From the NCBI RefSeq assembly GCF_001548275.1, contig NZ_AP014945.1, positions 720,001 to 752,000 of the forward strand: 32,000 nucleotides of DNA, given 5' to 3'. Position numbers and translations under genes: made by a program. Positions 14,652 through 22,133 of this stretch are shown one piece after another. Source of the stretch: Caldimicrobium thiodismutans (GTDB taxonomy: Bacteria; Desulfobacterota; Thermodesulfobacteria; Thermodesulfobacteriales; Thermodesulfobacteriaceae). Under the pieces are notes generated by a model, which did no database searches, was not told where the DNA came from, and worked only from the letters and a program-made list of their open reading frames with translations. Position 1 is the first letter of the stretch. Every line of letters begins with the position of its first letter.

Positions 14652-14910
14652 CTCTCTTCCTCTCCTTTACCCATTGTATGAAAGGCTTGTTCAGTCTGTA
14701 AAAACTTTTAATCAAAAGCGCATCATCCTTACTCACCACTATTTTATCACCTTTCTTGAAAATATAGTAATCCCCCTTTTCTGTTCTTTCAACATAGATT
14801 TCATCCGGGCTCTGAACGATCTTTTTTGCTTCTCTGTAGTATTCTTTCGGTGAGCTAAATATGGAATTTTGACTTATAGTATTCTGATATGTAGTAGAGG
14901 AGTTTCGAGC
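14632..14910 (-). pseudogene. Start-less ORF remnant (93 codons) whose 5' end is cut off by an orphan CRISPR repeat
   Basis: Hand translation: ...SSPKEYYREAKKIVQSPDEIYVERTEKGDYYIFKKGDKIVVSKDDALLIKSFYRLNKPFIQWVKERKRGGFIRIL*. There is no ATG, only a late GTG/TTG. The upstream in-frame stop lies inside the repeat at 14911-14913. Confidence 0.3.
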
Positions 14911-14993
14911 TTACCTATGAGGAATTGAAACTTCTAGCAGTAACAGTCAGAATAATCAACATTTTAAACATACCTATGAAGAGGATTTGAAAG
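14902..14993 (+). CRISPR. Orphan mini-array: near-perfect repeat, 29-bp spacer, degenerate repeat
   Basis: 14902-14931 is GTTTCGAGCTTACCTATGAGGAATTGAAAC (28/30). The spacer is TTCTAGCAGTAACAGTCAGAATAATCAAC. 14961-14993 is ATTTTAAACATACCTATGAAGAGGATTTGAAAG (degenerate), and it overlaps the last codons and stop of the minus-strand GGDEF/EAL gene. Confidence 0.5.
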
Positions 14994-17469
14994 AGGTAAG
15001 GGGTAATTGTGGAGAAGGTTTCCCAAGGTGAAAACCCTGACCAAACTCAACTCCAAAGTCCCTTAATTTACTAGCAAGCTCCTCACTCTCTACATATTCA
15101 GCAATGACTTTTATATTCAATCCTTTACAAAGGGTAACTATACTTTCTATAATAGCAAGATCAACAAGAGCTTCTCTGCTAAGTCCTATTACAAAATCTC
15201 CTTCTATCTTAACAAAATCAATTATAAAATGCTTAATATATTGAAAAGAGGAAAAGCCTGCTCCAAAATCATCGATACAGAATTTAAACCCATAATCCTG
15301 AAGATTTCTTATAAATTTTTCTAAAAGGGTTAAATTTTTAACTGTTTCTCTTTCAGTTAATTCAAAAATAATTTTTTCCGAGGGGAAAGAATAATTTTTC
15401 ACAAGTTCTTTAATTTTCTTTAAAAATTCAGGAACAATTAAAACTTTAGGGCTTAAATTAAAGAAAAAATATCCCTGATAATTGGTTTCCTTGGCTAAAG
15501 ATAAAGCCTTTTCCATGTTGATAAAATCCATCTCCATTATAAAACCCATACTCTCTGCAATACCAATAAATCTTTGGGCAGGAATAACTTCATCTTCTAT
15601 TTCTATTCTCATTAATACCTCACACCCAAAAAGCTCTCCGGTTTTAAGGTCATATATAGGTTGAAAATATGGAAGTATCCTTTTATTTTCAACAGCTTCT
15701 TTTACAAGAAGGATGGTATCAGTTATTTCTTTTTGATAACTTAAAATCTCCTCAGCAGTAGGATAAACTATTTTATTTTTTCCTTCTTTTTTAGCTTTAT
15801 ACATTAAAGTATCTGCAAGGGTAAAAAGATCTTTGCTGGTCTCCCCATGATCAGGAAAAATGGCTATTCCTATTGATGTAGTTAGGAAAACCGGTTTACC
15901 ATCTGGTGCCTCTATTTTGAAATTGGATAGGTTTTCTTTAATTCTTTCAGCAACTGATACTCCCTGTGTAAGGTCACACAAGGGAAGTATCAAAGTGAAT
16001 TCATCTCCTCCATATCTTGCTAAGATATCGCCCTTTCTTTTTATCTCCTCCAAGAATTTAGCAAACTCTCTTAAAAATTCATCCCCAAAGGAGTGACCAT
16101 AGGTATCGTTAATTAACTTAAAGTTATCTAAATCTACTATTAAAAGGGCAAATTTATAATTGTATCTTTTGGCTCTTTCAACCTCATATTCTAACAGTTC
16201 CCAGAAAGTTCTCTGATTATAAAGGTGAGTTAATGGATCACGAGTAGCATAAAATTCAAGTTCTTTAGTATATTTATTTATAGCTCTTATAGAGCCAATC
16301 ACATTTAATAGGGAAATCAAAACAGTTTCAATAGCTATCTCTTGAGTGGAAGTTAATTTTTCATGAGAAAGCCCAATCCCAACAATCCCCCCAATCTTTG
16401 GAGATTCAAGGATTAAACTTTTAGTTTTCAAATAAAAATTCTTGAAAGCCTCTTCAGAATAACTCTCATCTGCTAAAACCACATTGTGAATGAAATTAAA
16501 ATTATTTATTTTGAATTTTTCTAAAAATATTTTTCTAATCATACCTTCCATATCTTCTTTGAAAGATCGTGTAGGATTTTTCAACCAGAAAATCTCAGTA
16601 TCAAAAAGATCTTCCTCTACATAAAAAAGAGCAAAAATTGAAACAATTTCAACAATCTTATTCACCTCAATTAGAAGATTATTAACATAATATTTCCAAT
16701 CTCTTATAAATTCAGAAGTTATAATAAATTTTTCAAGAAGACTTAGTTCAAATTTAAAAAGCTCTCGATCAATAGCAAGCTCTTTCACTTTTCTTAAGAA
16801 GTCATCCGTAATCTCTAAAAGCCCATCAAATTCATAAATTCCTGTTTTTGAACTTGTTAAAAGATCTTCATTCTCAATTAATTCATCAAACTTTGAAGAT
16901 CTTCTTATCCTCTCCTTTAATTCTTCAATGGGTTTTACAAACTTTTTACCTTGAAGTTTCCCTATAAAATAAACTCCAAGCAGAGGAAATAGGGAAAAGA
17001 AAAGAAGGAAAAGTAAAAGAGTCTGATGTATTTCTTTTAAATCCTCTTTAAGAGAATTCTCAAGCACAAGAACCCCAAAAAGATCGCCTTCTGAAATTCC
17101 CCTATGGCAGTTTAAACACATCTTTGTGGCAGTAATATTATATTTTATATAAAGAGTATCTCCTTTCTTAGTAATTATATATTCCTTATATAATGGGATT
17201 TCTTTTACTTCTGAAGGTTTTTCAAGGGTTACCTTTAGTTTGTCAGTTTGAAAAATTCTGAGAAAATTGTCTAATTCTTCACGGGTAAATCCTTTGAGCA
17301 TTCCCTGATATAGAGAAGAAAAAATGGCCTTGGCTTCAATTTGAGATCGGAAAATTAGAGATTTTTCAAAATAGTTTTTTATAAATAAAAAAAGAAAACC
17401 ATAAAGAATTAGAGATAGAAGAAAGTACCCTAAAAGGGTATGAATTAAAAGTTTTTGATGAAGTCTCAT
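14974..17469 (-). CDS. Membrane-bound signalling protein: periplasmic heme-c (CXXCH) sensor domain, TM helix, uncharacterised middle region, GGDEF diguanylate cyclase and EAL phosphodiesterase
   Basis: 831 aa. N-terminal TM helix; MCLNCHRGISEGDLFGVLVLE (a Tll0287/DUF3365-like heme-c motif); a second TM helix; RYGGDEF; then EVLMR...DDFGAGFSS...KIEGDF EAL-domain motifs. Confidence 0.85.
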   Translation of the reverse strand: MRLHQKLLIHTLLGYFLLSLILYGFLFLFIKNYFEKSLIFRSQIEAKAIFSSLYQGMLKGFTREELDNFLRIFQTDKLKVTLEKPSEVKEIPLYKEYIITKKGDTLYIKYNITATKMCLNCHRGISEGDLFGVLVLENSLKEDLKEIHQTLLLFLLFFSLFPLLGVYFIGKLQGKKFVKPIEELKERIRRSSKFDELIENEDLLTSSKTGIYEFDGLLEITDDFLRKVKELAIDRELFKFELSLLEKFIITSEFIRDWKYYVNNLLIEVNKIVEIVSIFALFYVEEDLFDTEIFWLKNPTRSFKEDMEGMIRKIFLEKFKINNFNFIHNVVLADESYSEEAFKNFYLKTKSLILESPKIGGIVGIGLSHEKLTSTQEIAIETVLISLLNVIGSIRAINKYTKELEFYATRDPLTHLYNQRTFWELLEYEVERAKRYNYKFALLIVDLDNFKLINDTYGHSFGDEFLREFAKFLEEIKRKGDILARYGGDEFTLILPLCDLTQGVSVAERIKENLSNFKIEAPDGKPVFLTTSIGIAIFPDHGETSKDLFTLADTLMYKAKKEGKNKIVYPTAEEILSYQKEITDTILLVKEAVENKRILPYFQPIYDLKTGELFGCEVLMRIEIEDEVIPAQRFIGIAESMGFIMEMDFINMEKALSLAKETNYQGYFFFNLSPKVLIVPEFLKKIKELVKNYSFPSEKIIFELTERETVKNLTLLEKFIRNLQDYGFKFCIDDFGAGFSSFQYIKHFIIDFVKIEGDFVIGLSREALVDLAIIESIVTLCKGLNIKVIAEYVESEELASKLRDFGVEFGQGFHLGKPSPQLPLTSFKSSS

Positions 17470-17504
17470 TTTAAAGCATAAAGATTTTAATTATTAATTT
17501 TTTA

Positions 17505-17533
17505 AGTATATAACTACCACCTCTAATTGTCAA
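17505..17533 (-). promoter_or_regulatory. Sigma70-like promoter for the GGDEF/EAL gene
   Basis: The minus strand reads TTGACA (17533-17528), 17 nt, TATACT (17510-17505). Confidence 0.35.
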
Positions 17534-17743
17534 TATCTAATTGCAAATTCTCCAAAGATGAGCTCAGGGCTTTTGCCTTATTTTAAACCCCACTTTTTTG
17601 AGTTTTCAAAAAAGCATTAAACCTTAAGATTTCTATTTTACATAATATATCTTATCAGAAGTTAAGATGACCTCATTTCTTTTTCTACTCCTCAGGCTCA
17701 CTGGAGAAAAAGACTTTTATTAAGAGAGATTTAAAAAATTGAT

Positions 17744-18976
17744 TTAAGCACCATATTTTGTAAGACGGCCTGCATGAGCAAGTAACAATTGCATAAGCTT
17801 GAAACTCGGAAAGATCCCAAGTTCCCCCTTTAAACACTCCCTCTCTGTTAATCTCAGGGATAAACCACCAAGGCAATAAGGAGAGTTTATAAGCACTGGC
17901 ACGGGATGCCAGGAGTGAGACTTCATTATACAAGGTGTTGAGTGATCTCCTGTAATTGCCAAAACATTAAAATTTAATGAGACTATTTCTAAAAAATGCC
18001 TATCAAATTCTTCAATTACCGAAATTTTTCCTTCATAATTTCCATCTTCCCCATAGGAATCAGTTTTTTTAATGTGAACAAAGAAAAAATCGTAATCCTG
18101 CCAGGCCTCTTTAAGAGTTTTTACCTCTGCATCAATGGATTCACCCTCAAAAGTAATTAAATCCATTCCTACAAGCCTTGCAAGCCCCTTATACATTGGA
18201 TAAACTGCAATACAGGCGCTTTTCAGACCGAACTTTTCTGGAAAGGGTTCCAGGGCAGGCTTTACTGAAAATCCACGCAACAAAACATAATTTGCCTTTG
18301 GTTCATTTTTCAGCAATTTGGCAGCCTCTTCAATAAATTTTCTGGCAATTAGTGCAACCTTTTCGGCCTCTGGATTTTCACCAGTTGGAAGTAAGGGAGG
18401 CTTTTCTGTGCTCTGGGGATCTGTATCATTTATTTTTTCAAAAAAATGAGAAAGCTTATAGGGAAATCTTAGAATAAGGGAAAAACGATGTTCTTTACCT
18501 GAACATAAAATGACCTCGGCTTCATCAATCTTTTTAATATTTTCAGATAAATATTTAATTAATCTTTTGTTTTCTTCTGTGGGTATTCTACCAGCCCGTC
18601 TGTCAATTACAATTGGAAGACCATTTTCATATTTGACTGTAGCAAAGTTGCCCCGGATAGCCACATCTGTATCTTTAACTTCAAGCCCTACTCCAACTGC
18701 CTCAAGGATGCCCCTTCCAATTTCATATTTTAATGGCTCGTATCCAAAAATACCTAAATGCCCAGGGCCAGAACCTGGAGTTATTCCATAATCAACAGGG
18801 ATGTGAAGACCGGTTGCTGACCTGGATGCAAGGTTGTCTAAGTTAGGGGTTTTGGCAAGCTCTAAAGGGGTTTTGCTATCTTTTACAGGTAAGTCCCCTA
18901 CCCCATCAAGAACAATTAAAATAATTTTAGATTGGGCATCGTTCTTTATCAATTTTTTCAGACCTTCCATCCTCAT
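17744..18976 (-). CDS. apgM: Cofactor-independent phosphoglycerate mutase, archaeal type (ApgM)
   Basis: 410 aa. ILIVLDGVGD, TPNLD, GSGPGHLGIFGY and ITGDHSTPC metalloenzyme-superfamily motifs characteristic of ApgM. Confidence 0.85.
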   Translation of the reverse strand: MRMEGLKKLIKNDAQSKIILIVLDGVGDLPVKDSKTPLELAKTPNLDNLASRSATGLHIPVDYGITPGSGPGHLGIFGYEPLKYEIGRGILEAVGVGLEVKDTDVAIRGNFATVKYENGLPIVIDRRAGRIPTEENKRLIKYLSENIKKIDEAEVILCSGKEHRFSLILRFPYKLSHFFEKINDTDPQSTEKPPLLPTGENPEAEKVALIARKFIEEAAKLLKNEPKANYVLLRGFSVKPALEPFPEKFGLKSACIAVYPMYKGLARLVGMDLITFEGESIDAEVKTLKEAWQDYDFFFVHIKKTDSYGEDGNYEGKISVIEEFDRHFLEIVSLNFNVLAITGDHSTPCIMKSHSWHPVPVLINSPYCLGGLSLRLTERECLKGELGIFPSFKLMQLLLAHAGRLTKYGA

Positions 18977-19136
18977 CCCCCATAGTCATCTCTTCTTTCA
19001 TTTGTTCTATTTCTTTTTGATATTCCTTTACAGGCCTTTCTATGCCGCAGGTAAGACACCTTACCCGGGCATTTGCTCATTTACCACAAATAACAGCCTT
19101 TCCACCACAATAATGGCAAGTTAAAAAGATATCCAA
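18927..19136 (-). CDS. Candidate small selenoprotein (69 aa, zinc-ribbon-like, CxxU) with an in-frame TGA at 19077-19079. Alternatively a 19-codon ORF or a pseudogene.
   Basis: The TTG start lies 5 nt after a GAGGGGG SD. Translation: MDIFLTCHYCGGKAVICGK-U-ANARVRCLTCGIERPVKEYQKEIEQMKEEMTMGDEDGRSEKIDKERCPI. A SECIS-like hairpin lies at 19042-19072. See findings. Confidence 0.35.
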
Positions 19137-19138
19137 AT

Positions 19139-20302
19139 TTACCCCCTCTGACTCAAAAGGGTATGAATAAGATTATCTGGGTTTGCTTCTATTTCTTCTG
19201 TGATAAAAACTCTTATTCCCTGGCTGGTTAGCTCATCAGCAACAGAAGTATTTGAAGCATGAAGAAGGATATGGGTTGCTACCTGCTCCTGTAAAAAGTC
19301 AACAAGAGCTTGATTTTCAGGCTTTTTGGCTACATCTTTTACTAAAAGTTTATTATTTTCAATATCATAAAGGGCAAAAAGGTCAAACTTCTCTGGATTA
19401 GCCTCAAATTTCTGAGGAGTTGCAATTGGAACAGCGATTCGCATGTATTTTTCTTCTAAAACCTCTTTATGCATCTCTTCAGTTGCTGAAATTATGTTTC
19501 TGATAACCTCTTCAAAGGCTTGAGCTGTTAAACTCTCTGGATAAGCCCCGACAATAGGCTTTCCTCTATCACCTGTATCAACCACTCTTGGATCAACGGG
19601 GATCTTTCCCAAAAATCTAATACCCATTTCCTCGGCAAGTTTTTGACCCCCTCCCCTTTTAAAAAGATCAAGAGGTTTTCCACAATGGGGACAGATAAAA
19701 CCGCTCATATTTTCAATAAGCCCCAGAATACGCATCTTAACTTTCTGACAAAACTTAATAGATTTTTTAACATCTATCAGGGATACTTCTTGAGGGGTGG
19801 TTACAATAAGGGCATAGGCATCTGGGATAGTTTTGGCCACAGTAAGAGGTTCATCCCCTGTGCCGGGAGGTGCATCAATTACAAGATAATCAAGTTCACC
19901 CCAATCGATATCACCAATAAATTGCCGGATAGCCGAAATCTTTATAGGGCCTCTCCAAATAATAGCTGAATCCTCAGCAGGAAGAAGAGGTTCAATGGAG
20001 AGAAATTTAAGATTTGGTGAATACTTTATAGCCCCAAGTCTTCCATCAGGTCTTCTTGTAAGTTTCAAGTCCCTTGCACCAAGCATTTTGGGAATACTTG
20101 GCCCGTGTAAATCCACATCCAGAAGACCAACCATAAAATCCTGAAGGGAAAGACCAACTGCTATATTTACTGCAACGGTGCTTTTACCAACCCCCCCTTT
20201 GCCTGACATAACCATAATCTTGTGTTTTATTTTAGAAAGCTGTTCTTTTAGTTTTTTATCTTGCTGATCCAAAATGGCACTTTTTTCCTTCTTAACTGAC
20301 AT
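19139..20302 (-). CDS. apbC: Mrp/NBP35 (ApbC) Fe-S cluster carrier ATPase fused to a C-terminal NifX/NifB-like (Nitro_FeMo-Co) domain
   Basis: 387 aa. Deviant Walker A SGKGGVGKST, DAPPGTGDE, and ICPHCG cluster-ligand motif. The C-terminal ~100 aa (RIAVPIATP...LFALYDIENNK...) resemble the dinitrogenase FeMo-cofactor-binding fold. Confidence 0.85.
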   Translation of the reverse strand: MSVKKEKSAILDQQDKKLKEQLSKIKHKIMVMSGKGGVGKSTVAVNIAVGLSLQDFMVGLLDVDLHGPSIPKMLGARDLKLTRRPDGRLGAIKYSPNLKFLSIEPLLPAEDSAIIWRGPIKISAIRQFIGDIDWGELDYLVIDAPPGTGDEPLTVAKTIPDAYALIVTTPQEVSLIDVKKSIKFCQKVKMRILGLIENMSGFICPHCGKPLDLFKRGGGQKLAEEMGIRFLGKIPVDPRVVDTGDRGKPIVGAYPESLTAQAFEEVIRNIISATEEMHKEVLEEKYMRIAVPIATPQKFEANPEKFDLFALYDIENNKLLVKDVAKKPENQALVDFLQEQVATHILLHASNTSVADELTSQGIRVFITEEIEANPDNLIHTLLSQRG

Positions 20303-20378
20303 ATCTCCAAAAACCCCCTTTTCTTTAAGTTTAGTGACAGAATAATTTTAATCCAGCAAAGGGTTTTGTCAAATTCTG

Positions 20379-20393
20379 GTATGCCTCCATATC
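20379..20393 (-). promoter_or_regulatory. Conserved upstream box (copy B), 6 nt upstream of the mrp promoter -35 element
   Basis: The minus strand reads GATATGGAGGCATAC-cagaat-TTGACA-16 nt-TAAAAT, upstream of the mrp ATG at 20302. Confidence 0.35.
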
Positions 20394-20546
20394 TTTTGTG
20401 ACTCAAGAGGATTTTTTCAACTACTTCTGTTGTAGGAAAAAGCATATGAACTTATGCGAAATTCTATTAGCAACCCTGATGGATTAAAGTTTTTTTCCTT
20501 TTTATCCGATAAAATTAAATGATAAAATTTACATGGGGGGCCTCCT

Positions 20547-20900
20547 ATGAAAGTGGAACTTTATAAAAATTTAGTTTTAGATCAGATCAACATAAATACA
20601 GAGATTAAACCTCAAAGAGTTAATCCTCTGGAAAAAGAACTTCAGTCTCAAACTGAAATACATTTAAAAAAAATTGAAAAGGATAAACTCAAAGAGGTAA
20701 CTGAGAGTTTCCAAAAATTTTTAAATCAATTTAATTTAGATGCGAAGATTGTTTATGAAAAGGAGTATAATACCCTTGTAGTTCAAGTATTCAGGAAAGA
20801 TACAGGAGAATTGATTCGACAAATACCACCTCAGGAGCTTCTTGAGATATCCAAAAGACTTCAAGAACTTGTTGGTATTTTATTTAAAGAAAAGGCCTAA
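20547..20900 (+). CDS. flaG: FlaG-family flagellar protein
   Basis: 117 aa. The C-terminal LVVQVFRKDTGELIRQIPPQELLEISKRLQE matches the FlaG signature. Confidence 0.7.
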   Translation: MKVELYKNLVLDQININTEIKPQRVNPLEKELQSQTEIHLKKIEKDKLKEVTESFQKFLNQFNLDAKIVYEKEYNTLVVQVFRKDTGELIRQIPPQELLEISKRLQELVGILFKEKA

Positions 20901-21027
20901 GTATCCTTTATAAGTTTATATCCTTGTAAGATTTATTTTCCCCTTTTCTATACACAAAATTTATAATATTACCCTTCAAAGGGGATCACAACAAGGTGCA
21001 AACAGATAGGTCTGGCCCTACATTAAG

Positions 21028-21042
21028 GATATGGACGCATAC
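21028..21042 (+). promoter_or_regulatory. Conserved upstream box (copy C), 6 nt upstream of the asd promoter -35 element
   Basis: The plus strand reads GATATGGACGCATAC-atatcc-TTGTAA-16 nt-TAATTT, then a GGGAGG SD and the asd ATG at 21108. The box sits inside the 8-bp inverted repeat AAGGATAT...ATATCCTT (21025-21050). Confidence 0.35.
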
Positions 21043-21107
21043 ATATCCTTGTAATCTCCTCAAATTGTGCTAATTTTATCTTTTTAAAAGCACAGGGAGG
21101 CTTAGGT

Positions 21108-22130
21108 ATGGGAGAATATACTGTTGCTGTAGTCGGAGCAACTGGGGCTGTTGGAAGAATGATGATTAGTGTTCTTGAAGAGAGAAATTTTCCTGTAAAA
21201 GAATTAAGGCTCTTTGCCTCTCCAAAATCAAAAGGCTTAACGGTTCCATTTAAAGGAGAGGAAATTGAGGTGGAAGTCCTTGAAGAGACAAAAAGTTTCA
21301 AAGGTATAGACATAGCCTTATTTTCAGCCGGAGGTTCAAGGAGCCTTGAATATGCCCCTAAATTTGCAGAAGATGGAGCTATAGTAATAGATAACTCCAG
21401 TGCCTGGAGAATGGATCCTGAGGTTCCCCTTGTTGTTCCTGAGGTAAATCCCCATGCTATTTCCCAATATAAAAAGAAAGGCATTATTGCCAATCCAAAT
21501 TGTTCAACCATTCAAATGGTGGTTGCTTTAAAACCCCTTCATGATGTGGCAAAAATTAAAAGAATAGTTGTTTCCACCTATCAATCTGTTTCAGGAGCCG
21601 GGCAAAAGGCTATTGAGGAGCTTATGGATCAAATTAGAGCCTGGTGTTCAGGTGAAGCCCTTCCACCACCTAAGAATCTTCCCAAAACTATCGCCTTTAA
21701 TTGTGTCCCTCAGATTGATGTCTTTTTGCCCAATAGATATACAAAAGAAGAAATTAAGATGGTTGAAGAGACTAAAAAGATTATGGAAGATCCAATGATA
21801 AGGGTTACTGCTACTACTGTGAGAGTCCCTGTTTTTTATGGACATGCAGAAACTGTAAATATTGAGACAGAAAAGAAGTTAACTCCTGAATCAGCTATTG
21901 AAATATTAAAAAAAGCTCCTGGAGTTATTGTCCTTGATGATCCTGAAAATAAGGTTTATCCCCTTCAAATAGAGGTAGCTGGAAGAGATGAGGTCTTTGT
22001 AGGAAGAATTAGAGAGGATTTTTCCATTGAAAATGGTTTAAATCTATGGATTGTTGCTGATAACTTACGAAAAGGGGCAGCCACGAATGCTGTTCAAATT
22101 GCCGAAGTTTTGATTGAAAAATATTTATAA
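21108..22130 (+). CDS. asd: Aspartate-semialdehyde dehydrogenase
   Basis: 340 aa. VAVVGATGAVG NAD(P)-binding motif, active-site NPNCSTI, SGAGQKA, and RVPVFYGH. Confidence 0.95.
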   Translation: MGEYTVAVVGATGAVGRMMISVLEERNFPVKELRLFASPKSKGLTVPFKGEEIEVEVLEETKSFKGIDIALFSAGGSRSLEYAPKFAEDGAIVIDNSSAWRMDPEVPLVVPEVNPHAISQYKKKGIIANPNCSTIQMVVALKPLHDVAKIKRIVVSTYQSVSGAGQKAIEELMDQIRAWCSGEALPPPKNLPKTIAFNCVPQIDVFLPNRYTKEEIKMVEETKKIMEDPMIRVTATTVRVPVFYGHAETVNIETEKKLTPESAIEILKKAPGVIVLDDPENKVYPLQIEVAGRDEVFVGRIREDFSIENGLNLWIVADNLRKGAATNAVQIAEVLIEKYL

Positions 22131-22133
22131 GCC

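Noticed and set aside
17640-17743. Imperfect hairpin CTTTTTCTCC...GGAGTAGAAAAAG downstream of apgM as a terminator
   Set aside because: No U-tract follows it on the minus (transcribed) strand, and the stem is interrupted. The evidence is insufficient to call a terminator.
18973-19080. Alternative 35-aa ORF (MSKCPGKVSYLRHRKACKGISKRNRTNERRDDYGG) starting at the ATG that overlaps the TGA at 19077-19079
   Set aside because: It has no SD, and its composition is basic and low-complexity. The other frame yields two CxxCG knuckles and a CxxU motif. It is kept only as the null alternative to the selenoprotein reading.
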